Virus record (IMG/VR): IMGVR_UViG_3300035150_000049
DNA length: 64,000 nucleotides
Strand: one strand, 5' to 3'
DNA from: an uncultured virus (IMG/VR IMGVR_UViG_3300035150_000049)
Taxonomy: Duplodnaviria; Heunggongvirae; Uroviricota; Caudoviricetes
In this document: piece after piece, positions 56,389 through 64,000 of the stretch
How the letters are laid out: each line of letters starts with the position of its first letter
Numbering within the stretch: position 1 is the first letter of the stretch
The notes under the pieces: model-generated
Told to the model about the DNA's origin: nothing
What the model saw: the letters and a program-made list of their open reading frames with translations, nothing else
Database searches by the model: none
Position numbers and translations under genes: made by a program

Positions 56389-57420
56389 ATGACGGCGCTA
56401 ACGTTCAACAACGACCTGATGAACAAGATCAAGCACGGCCACAAGACTCAGACGCGCCGTCCGGTAAAAGCCGGCGAACGCCTTGCTTGGTATTTCCCGC
56501 GTGACGTGAAAACTATGCCGTCGCCTGCCGTCTTTACGCCCAGCAATCGCGCCCGCTGGTACATGGGCTGCACCCGTGCTATTAAGCCGGGCCGCACGGC
56601 CAAAGGCATCGGGCGTGTGATGATTACCCTCATTCGGCGCGAACGTGTGATTGACATTACTGAACAAGATGCCATTGCCGAGGGCTTCACCGACCGCCAA
56701 GCGCAGTTTCATTATGTGGATAACGACAACGTGCTGCATGAAATACGCGGACCGCGCGCCTCGTTCTTCAAGCGCTGGTGTGCGATGTACGGACTCAAGG
56801 CGCTTGAATGGGAGTGCTGGGTGCTTGATTTCATACTGCGCTCGTTTCGCGCCGATCTCGATTTCGCCGACCACGCCGCTGCGATGGACTTCTTTAATGT
56901 CGCCTTCCAGAACCCACAGGCGCAGTACCTCGTCACCCCGACAGACCCAGAGGCGGCGCGCGCGTGGCTGGCCGAGTACGCCAACATGGTCAATTTCTCC
57001 TGGCGCGTTTCCTCGAAACCCTTCGAAGAACGCCTGGCAGAAGCCGGCCCGATGCGCCTCAACGATGTGACGGACATCGACACTTTACACGGTCGGAACT
57101 GTGGCTGGGGGTTTTGCGATCGTGAGGTAGACGACGAAAACAACGGCTTTCTTTGCGACGCGCCGGTTGCGCCGGGCGAAGATGTGATGGTTTCTTCTGA
57201 GACGGGCAAACGCTTTTGTCACACATGGCAATGCCCGGTGGCATGGGAAGCGAATGTCGCGGCGATTCGGGAATTTTCCCCAAGCCTTTACGAGAGCGAC
57301 TTCGCGGACTGCGATGATGAAGAAACGGCCAACGATTGGATGGTGCTCAGCGCCCGGCCACGCTACGCCTATGTGCCAAACGTAATGGTCGAGGGCGTGG
57401 AGGAAGTGTGGCGACGATGA
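56389..57420 (+). CDS. ASCH-domain protein fused to a Cys-rich domain
   Basis: GHKTQTRR, DITEQDAIAEGF; C-terminal half carries several Cys. Confidence 0.7.
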   Translation: MTALTFNNDLMNKIKHGHKTQTRRPVKAGERLAWYFPRDVKTMPSPAVFTPSNRARWYMGCTRAIKPGRTAKGIGRVMITLIRRERVIDITEQDAIAEGFTDRQAQFHYVDNDNVLHEIRGPRASFFKRWCAMYGLKALEWECWVLDFILRSFRADLDFADHAAAMDFFNVAFQNPQAQYLVTPTDPEAARAWLAEYANMVNFSWRVSSKPFEERLAEAGPMRLNDVTDIDTLHGRNCGWGFCDREVDDENNGFLCDAPVAPGEDVMVSSETGKRFCHTWQCPVAWEANVAAIREFSPSLYESDFADCDDEETANDWMVLSARPRYAYVPNVMVEGVEEVWRR

Positions 57421-57893
57421 AACAGATTTCACTCTTTGAGGACCAACGCCTTGACCGCGCCGGCGCAGTCGAACTCTCGCTTGCCAGTCTACGCGAGTAT
57501 GGGCAGCGCTACCGCCACTGGGCCATCGCGTACAGCGGCGGCAAGGACAGCAGCGCAACTGTGACTTTCGTCGCCTGGGCCATCAAAACCGGGCAGCTTG
57601 AGCCACCTGAAACCCTCACCGTACTCTACGCCGACACGCGCCAGGAACTACCGCCGCTCCAGCAGGCGGCAATGCACCTGCTTGATGACCTGGCGCGCGA
57701 CGGCTTCAATACGCGCGCTGAAGGTCGAATGGTTGGCGGGTTTCGACAACAACCATGTCGAGCTAATCGCGCAATACGGCGATTACGTAGACCCACAGGG
57801 ACGCCGGCACACGCTCAAGCGGCGCGGCTTGGGTCATTTGTCGAACCCGCGCAGCGTTGCACTTTCGATGTCTTTCGGCGCGATTATGAGTAA
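57417..57893 (+). pseudogene. truncated PAPS-reductase/DndC-like (PP-loop) gene
   Basis: AIAYSGGKDSS and LYADTRQELP, then loss of protein-like sequence after about 100 aa. Confidence 0.65.
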
Positions 57894-58098
57894 GTGCCGC
57901 GAGTTGGCGGCGTTGAGGGATATATGAAAGGAGGCAAGTATGTCGGGGTGTACCTAAAGCCTGATACGTTTAATAAAAAAAATCGAGGTGGATTTGGAGA
58001 TGATTTTTCTCTGCCAGCCTCATGTATAAACAAAGCGCAGCGCGGCGCACGGAGATGTAGTGCGTCGCGCTTTTTTGATTCTTGACGCGCCGGCGCAC

Positions 58099-58130
58099 TT
58101 GCGCGAGCGTGTACAATACTGTACAATAAT
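58099..58130 (+). promoter_or_regulatory. promoter overlapped by 10-bp-period TGTACAATA direct repeats
   Basis: TTGCGC-17-TACAAT; TGTACAATAC TGTACAATAA. Confidence 0.5.
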
Positions 58131-58134
58131 GCAC

Positions 58135-58470
58135 ATGAGTAAAAAGCGTTTACCAACGACCTGGGTTTTCGACGACCTGCACCCCGAACTTTTCAAGCTC
58201 GCAGCCGAGCTTGAGGCAGCGGACTCGCGCACGACCGATAAGAGCGGTCGCATCCGAGAATTGCTCTTGCTTGGTCTCCAGGTAGAGCGCGGGGAGGCGC
58301 AGCGCGAGGGGCGTTTGTGGGCAGACGGTGACATTGATGCATTCATAAACGCCCTGCAATCGCGCGGCCTGGTCGTTTCTGGCGACGCCGGCGAAACAGT
58401 GGAGCGCGAGGAAGCGGTTGATTTATCCGAAATGGTTTTGGATGACGACACACTCGACGATTTTCTATAA
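58135..58470 (+). CDS. small putative DNA-binding adaptor (ParR-like)
   Basis: SGRIRELLLLGLQ helix, acidic tail, directly upstream of the actin-like gene. Confidence 0.5.
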   Translation: MSKKRLPTTWVFDDLHPELFKLAAELEAADSRTTDKSGRIRELLLLGLQVERGEAQREGRLWADGDIDAFINALQSRGLVVSGDAGETVEREEAVDLSEMVLDDDTLDDFL

Positions 58471-58479
58471 GGAGTTGCG

Positions 58480-59481
58480 ATGCCAATCGTAAATATCGGA
58501 GTTGACGACGGCAACGTGCGTCGGAAACTCATTACCAAAAAGCACAAACTAGATACGCCGGTCGGACTGAGCCTTGTCCGGCGCGAAGGCGGTAGAGGAG
58601 ACCTCGAAGTCGCTCAAGCTGCCGGCGATGTCATTACGTGGCGCAATGGCTCGCAGTGGACACCCGAACCGTCCGCCAGTGCCTCGACCGAAATGGCGCG
58701 CTTCACACACTGGCCGGAAGCGATGAAAATCAGCTTCCTGTATTCGCTTTCGCGTGTGCCGACCGAGACTAAATCGAAGCGCTTCCGGGTGATGATCGGC
58801 GCACCGCTCGACGCATTGAACGATGCTGAGGCCGTGCGCAAGGCGGCACGCGAGGAGCTTTGTGGACTGTACACCTTTGAAGTGAACGGCGAACCTCAGA
58901 GTATCGAAATCGCGGATGCTTATATTGCGTCGCAGCCGAAGGCGGCGCTCGTGACGACACCAGGATTTAAGAATAAGCGCGTGTTTTTAGCCGACTGGGG
59001 TTTCGTGACCGGCCATTCAGTCGGTTACGATGAAGCGAGAAAGCAGGACGGGCAATCGGCGTTCATCGACGCTGTGACCGGATGGCGGAGGGTCGGGGCG
59101 TACAGAGCCGCTGACGAACTCTCCAACTACCTGAACGGCGTGTACACGAACTACGGCCTGAGCAAGATCGTTAACATCCATGAGGCCGACCAAATCATTC
59201 TCGGTGCGCGGCGCTTAGAGGTTCCGAACGGCGCGATGACCGAGGCGACCGAGTTCGTTAAGGTACTCAAGGCGCAGAACTTTAACGCCGGCGTCGAGTT
59301 CTTCAATGCGCAAATGGCACACATGGTTCCAGAGATTATTCGGTTCGTCGGCGGAACGACCGTAAGGTACGAACAGCAAATCCGGGCGCGGTGGAAGTCG
59401 TTGGTCAGCATTCCAGAAGACCCGATCTTTAGTGTAGCGCAGGGGTTGCTGGTGCTCGCCAATAGTTATTGGCGGGATTAA
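58480..59481 (+). CDS. ParM/StbA-like actin-fold ATPase
   Basis: Phosphate-1 IGVDDGN, SQP, phosphate-2 LADWGFVT, adenosine FVGG, connect-2 VAQGL. Confidence 0.78.
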   Translation: MPIVNIGVDDGNVRRKLITKKHKLDTPVGLSLVRREGGRGDLEVAQAAGDVITWRNGSQWTPEPSASASTEMARFTHWPEAMKISFLYSLSRVPTETKSKRFRVMIGAPLDALNDAEAVRKAAREELCGLYTFEVNGEPQSIEIADAYIASQPKAALVTTPGFKNKRVFLADWGFVTGHSVGYDEARKQDGQSAFIDAVTGWRRVGAYRAADELSNYLNGVYTNYGLSKIVNIHEADQIILGARRLEVPNGAMTEATEFVKVLKAQNFNAGVEFFNAQMAHMVPEIIRFVGGTTVRYEQQIRARWKSLVSIPEDPIFSVAQGLLVLANSYWRD

Positions 59482-59562
59482 GACAAAAGTTGTGATACAA
59501 TACTGAGGGAAATTAAGCGCAGCCCAAAGGCAGCTGCGCGTAGAGAGGTCATCGACGTTCAA

Positions 59563-60975
59563 ATGACCACACGAAGAATTTTAGCACAAATCATAATCAC
59601 GTGCTCTACTGCATGTATCTTAATTTTCTTACTCACCGGCTGCGATGCAATGCAGCCGGCGGATCAGGCTGTTGTCTACGCCACGGTCCCGTCGGGCGCA
59701 CTTGCGCCGGGTATCGAGGCCGACAACGCCATGAGTACGGCCCAAGCGCTCGCCTGGGTTGCGACGCAAGATGCTATCGATAAACAGAACACCGTCAGCG
59801 CTTCGGATGCGCTGGCGGCTCAGGCGGCGCAAGCTCAGGTGCAGGCGACGCAAGCCGCCGCCGATGCCACACTGAAAGCCGAGGAGCGCAGCGCTGCCGC
59901 CACGCTCCAGGTTGAGCGGTACAATGCGGATGCTACGCAGCAGGCCGTGAGCGTAAACATGACCGCGACGGCGGGCAGTATCGCGCTACACGGTAGAGAA
60001 CTGGAAATCACACAGACGGCGATTATCGTCACGCTCGACGGGGCAGAAGCAAATATCAAATCCGCCGAGGCTAGGCAAGCCGAAGTGGATGCCGACCAAG
60101 CGGCTAAAGTCGCTCAGCAGGCAGATATCGACCGCCAAACCGATTACATCTTTAAGTTGGTTGGCGGGATACTGTTAGTCGCCGTAGTTTTTAGCGCGTT
60201 CTTGGTTGCGCTTCTGTATGGCGCTCGCTGGCTCAGCGTGATTATCGCCATCGATGTACGCCGGCGTATGATTCTCGAAGAGCTTGGCCTTCAATACGAC
60301 AACAACGCCGGCAAATGGGTGCCGCTGCCGGGGCATGATTGGCCGGCGCTTCCTGCGCCTGAGCCTGAACCAGAACCGGAGCGTGAGATTACCATTGCCG
60401 GGCGCGTGTACACGCAAGAGGACCTGGAGGACGCCGAGAAAGCGCGGCAGGAGCAAGCACACCGTACCGCATGGCGCAATGCAGCGATTGCGTTTCTGCG
60501 GTGGGGTGAGTATGAAGTTGATGACGAACCGATAGGGTACTCGCGCGCCCGCATGACCGCTCACGCCGGCGTAACCGATCCGACCTGGCGCACCATGACG
60601 AAATGGCTCGCCGAGATGGGATTCATGTATCAACCGCGAACTGGCGCGGCGTACACGTTGACACTGAATGACGCAGGGGAACACATGACCGTTTCGCAAA
60701 TTATCCAGAGTCCAAAGTGGGCGACTTCTTACGACTATCCGAAGGGTGAAATCATGTCCATCGAGCCGCCGAAAACGCAAAAATCTCTAGACCCAACCCA
60801 ACCCGCGCACCCGGTTTCAACCGGGGGAGACCGGGTTCAACCCGCCAACCCGCCCGAAAACGGCGCTTTTGTCGTCGGGACTGACGAAAATGGCAGGCGA
60901 ACAGTGCGACGTTGGGGCGGCATGGGGCCGCCGGGTAGCTACGACGCGCAGATAGACGAACTCTGCACAGAGTAA
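59563..60975 (+). CDS. lipoprotein/membrane protein with Ala-Thr-Gln-rich stalk, TM helix and cytoplasmic domain
   Basis: Lipobox LLTGC; ATQAAADAT-type repeats; TM segment LVGGILLVAVVFSAFLVALLY. Confidence 0.7.
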   Translation: MTTRRILAQIIITCSTACILIFLLTGCDAMQPADQAVVYATVPSGALAPGIEADNAMSTAQALAWVATQDAIDKQNTVSASDALAAQAAQAQVQATQAAADATLKAEERSAAATLQVERYNADATQQAVSVNMTATAGSIALHGRELEITQTAIIVTLDGAEANIKSAEARQAEVDADQAAKVAQQADIDRQTDYIFKLVGGILLVAVVFSAFLVALLYGARWLSVIIAIDVRRRMILEELGLQYDNNAGKWVPLPGHDWPALPAPEPEPEPEREITIAGRVYTQEDLEDAEKARQEQAHRTAWRNAAIAFLRWGEYEVDDEPIGYSRARMTAHAGVTDPTWRTMTKWLAEMGFMYQPRTGAAYTLTLNDAGEHMTVSQIIQSPKWATSYDYPKGEIMSIEPPKTQKSLDPTQPAHPVSTGGDRVQPANPPENGAFVVGTDENGRRTVRRWGGMGPPGSYDAQIDELCTE

Positions 60976-60979
60976 AAAG

Positions 60980-61013
60980 GGCCGCGCTCGAAAGGGCGCG
61001 GTTTTCGTTTTTC
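60980..61013 (+). terminator. intrinsic terminator
   Basis: GGCCGCGCTC GAAA GGGCGCGGTT TTCGTTTTT. Confidence 0.65.
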
Positions 61014-61058
61014 GGGTTTGCTGACACTTTGCGTATCGTGAAAGCGCTATTTTGTCTT

Positions 61059-61087
61059 TTGCTAAGAAAAGCAAAAAATGGTATAAT
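61059..61087 (+). promoter_or_regulatory. sigma70 promoter
   Basis: TTGCTA-17-TATAAT with extended TG. Confidence 0.7.
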
Positions 61088-61397
61088 GGAGGCGGTGATA
61101 GAAAGCATGGGCGCAAGCCCCTACCCTACTGAGGTACAGCAATGACGATTGAAGCTAACTATCAAAAAGTGTGCCGCGTGATGTCTGTGGACATCGCGCG
61201 CACCGAAGCAAAATTAAATGCGCTTAGAGTTGATCTTGAAGACGCACAAACGTCGCCGACCTACGCGCATTATCTAGCGTGGTATTTCGATAATGTGATC
61301 GAGGACTACCATAAAGATGGTTTTTACTATGGCCCGCGCTTATCTTGCGGAAAATTTGAGCGGCGGGGTGCTCCCCCGCCATACGAGCTTGGGGTAT

Positions 61398-62405
61398 ATG
61401 ACTAACCCTCTCTCCCTCGCCCACGAATACCTCCGTTCCCCCCGCGTGAAGTCTCGCGCCGCCGGCACGCAGAGCCATTACCGCGCGGCCCTGGCGCACT
61501 TCTGCGACCCAGGCGACGCCGATAATCCGCGCGTATGCTTTACTACCTCCCTCCCCCACTACAACGGCGAGCGTATCAATCTGCTCGCCAACTTCTTGAT
61601 TTTTCTGCGAGAGCGCGGACTGTCAGCGCTCACAGCCCGCGCCTACGTAGTGGACGTTAGGACTTTTCTTGAATGGTGCGCGCTTAACGATCTCCTCCCC
61701 CGCGATTGGCCGATGGAGAAGATGAGTGAGGCATTCGACGACGTGGTGAGCGATGCAGCGGATTACAACCCCGAAACCAGCCCACCCGAAATCCCTGAAG
61801 GCATCGAGCGTCTACTAACCTATCACAGCGACCTGACGCCGCCGGATGATCTGGGCGAGGATAAGCTGCATACATGGGAGCTTGACCGGCTGCGCGACGC
61901 CGCGCTGATCCGCGTGCTCCACGATAGCGGTGGTCGCATTTCCGAGGTACTAAGCCTGCGTACCGGCGACTTTCCGCCGATGGCCCTGGAGCGTGTCGCG
62001 CAGGGCGAATACTGGCGCGTGCTCGTCACCGGCAAGAAAAACCACAAGTACCATCTATGGCTTAGAGAGGCGGTGTTTTTCATCGACGAATACATGGAAG
62101 CGCGCGGTGCGTCGTCCGACCACAACGAGCCACTGTTTGCGTGGCACAAGCTAAGTAAGGCCGGCGAATCGCTCAGTCGGCAAATGGCATCATGGGTCAC
62201 GGTGCGCGCCTCTCGCGCGCTTGGCCTCGGTGACATCACGCCACACGACTTTAGGCACTGGAAGGCGACGCGGTTGCGCAGCGCTGGACTGAGCCTGGAG
62301 GATATCGCGCACGTGATCGGGCACATGGACATACAGACGACGAAAGACTATTACGCTCACGTCGATGTGAGCGACCTGGAGGCGCGCTTAAGGCGCGTGG
62401 AGTAA
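61398..62405 (+). CDS. tyrosine recombinase (integrase/XerC-like)
   Basis: RDAALI...SGGRISE, VTGKK, HDFRH, IGH, TKDYY. Confidence 0.92.
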   Translation: MTNPLSLAHEYLRSPRVKSRAAGTQSHYRAALAHFCDPGDADNPRVCFTTSLPHYNGERINLLANFLIFLRERGLSALTARAYVVDVRTFLEWCALNDLLPRDWPMEKMSEAFDDVVSDAADYNPETSPPEIPEGIERLLTYHSDLTPPDDLGEDKLHTWELDRLRDAALIRVLHDSGGRISEVLSLRTGDFPPMALERVAQGEYWRVLVTGKKNHKYHLWLREAVFFIDEYMEARGASSDHNEPLFAWHKLSKAGESLSRQMASWVTVRASRALGLGDITPHDFRHWKATRLRSAGLSLEDIAHVIGHMDIQTTKDYYAHVDVSDLEARLRRVE

Positions 62406-62461
62406 CACACGAAGGCCGCGCGGGTTGACGCTGCGGCGAAGAAGTTGAAGCGAGGTGAGGA

Positions 62462-62827
62462 ATGACACGATATTACATAAGGCTCGAAGCTGCCGCCGGC
62501 GCATTGATGCACGCGCGAGCGGCGCTCATGGGCCTGGACCTAGACATCGAATGGCCCTCGGAGCTTGACGACATAGCGGACAAGCTTTACGAAACCATAT
62601 ATAAAGCAGCAGATGCCGACGAGCGCTATCAAAAATATATTGCTTACGCTAGAGAGTTGGACATGAGAGGTCTTCACGGAATGGTCGATCACACGCGATA
62701 CAGCGACTATAAGGCATATATTGAACCGTTACTCGACAGACTTAATCAAGAGTATTCCGACGCCGGACACACTGCACGCGCAATGAAGATTGCCGCCGGC
62801 GTTGATGAGACAACAGATGAACGCTGA
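62462..62827 (+). CDS. hypothetical protein
   Basis: GAGGTGAGG RBS; 121 aa. Confidence 0.55.
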   Translation: MTRYYIRLEAAAGALMHARAALMGLDLDIEWPSELDDIADKLYETIYKAADADERYQKYIAYARELDMRGLHGMVDHTRYSDYKAYIEPLLDRLNQEYSDAGHTARAMKIAAGVDETTDER

Positions 62828-63225
62828 GCAACGCCAACATTTCCGCCGCTCTGCCGGCGCATACTGCATCAAGATCATTCACGACTACGCCATGAACGCG
62901 GCGCAGAACGCCGAAGTCGCTCGCCGCTACAACTCCCCCGGCGCGCCCGCCTGGGCGCGCATCGCCGCATTCTACGAAGTCCGTGCCGCCGACAAAATCG
63001 CGGCGACCGAGGGTGACACGGAACCAACGCGCGCCATCCTGCACTATTCGGCGGGTTTCTGCGCACTCAAGGCCGGTGATGTTGCGACGGCGACTCGGAT
63101 GATGGAGCGTGGCCGTGAGACTGTGAGGCACGGACACCCATCACAGCGGCTTGATGAGCTTGAGTCGGCGCTGGAAGCGGAGCAGATTTTGTATCCTGAC
63201 GGTTTATTTTTGAGGTAAATGAAGA

Positions 63226-63549
63226 ATGAGCAACAACACTCCCCCACTCGCGCGCTTGATCGAGCGCGCCAACGCCGAAATCACAGCGCTGAGCCAGGGC
63301 AAGAAGACTTGGCGCACCTGCATTCCGGCACAGCCGAACGACTCCGACGTGGTGATCGGCGACGCGGTGATTGCACTCAAGGCGCGCGCCGAAGCGCTTG
63401 AGACGGCACTAGCGGCGTTGCTTGAGCGCACGCCATACACCGAATATGATTTTTGTGGATGCGCCTATTGCGGCTGCGATTATGACGCACCGCACGAAGA
63501 AGGCTGCGCGTGGGCACAGGCGCGCAAGTTATTAGAGGTGAAAGAATGA
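63226..63549 (+). CDS. small CxxC-H-C protein
   Basis: TPY...CAYC...HEEGCAWAQARKLL. Confidence 0.6.
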   Translation: MSNNTPPLARLIERANAEITALSQGKKTWRTCIPAQPNDSDVVIGDAVIALKARAEALETALAALLERTPYTEYDFCGCAYCGCDYDAPHEEGCAWAQARKLLEVKE

Positions 63550-64000
63550 GCAAAAACCAATACAATCCCGACCGCGTATCACGTCCTTCAGAATCGTTTT
63601 GTGAGGCACGAGACGACTTTGGGGACGATCATTTTATACCAGTTGGCTTTGCTATAAATCGATCCCGACAATATGAAAATTTGATAGAGGCCCGCGTTGA
63701 GGAACTGGAAGCCGAAAATGCCGAACTACGCGCGGCGATAGCGGCGTTCGTAGATGTATTTAAGGTTGAGTCCGGTTTCCACGAAGGTCATTTTCAGCTA
63801 TCAGTACGGCCAAATGTTATGACGGGCTTTCGTGGCTCTCGCGGCGAAGCGCTCAAGCGCTTGATTGATCTATCTAAGGTGGAGAAATGAAAATTTATTT
63901 CTATGGGGGGAAGAAAAAGAATGAGCAAAGAGCATATATAGAAAGATTAGAACGGGCACTGCGCATTGTTGGTAAGCGTACCGAATACCCGACACCGGCA

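Noticed and set aside
1..64000. Stop-codon reassignment
   Set aside because: Long genes are intact in the standard code and end in TAA, TAG or TGA; no suppressor tRNA seen.
1..64000. Lysis cassette and tail sheath
   Set aside because: No endolysin or sheath motif recognised; lysis genes may lie outside the window. The small hydrophobic ORFs are too weak to call holins.

Overview
This window is most of a tailed, probably siphovirus-type, bacteriophage or phage-plasmid genome. The host may be Chloroflexota, but that is an inference from one lipoprotein's composition. Positions 1-~47,950 read on the minus strand. From a promoter near 47,960 the order is: HTH gene, dCTP deaminase, macrodomain, a VUT-transporter/TGT-like/radical-SAM trio, replication genes (initiator, DnaB-like helicase, primase), an intein-containing DNA methyltransferase, then the late operon (TerS, TerL, portal-MuF fusion, protease, scaffold, major capsid, connectors, tail tube, frameshifted chaperone, tape measure, tail tip, beta-helix spike). 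The late operon is interrupted by two glycan blocks totalling about 13 kb: five glycosyltransferase genes, an NDP-sugar dehydrogenase, a GDP-mannose 3,5-epimerase-like enzyme, four SAM methyltransferases and an SGNH enzyme. This looks like a self-contained pathway for a methylated glycan, possibly on the virion. Positions ~48,000-64,000 read on the plus strand. The early transcript carries a canonical type II hammerhead ribozyme and two further structured RNAs between small ORFs. It is followed by a recombinase-like gene, tRNA-Gly plus a tRNA-like RNA, a split C5 methyltransferase in overlapping frames, a ParM-like actin pair, a lipoprotein and a tyrosine recombinase. A set of C4-like and antisense small-RNA elements lies at 42.9-45.9 kb. 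All assignments come from motif recognition by eye; no database search or folding program was run.
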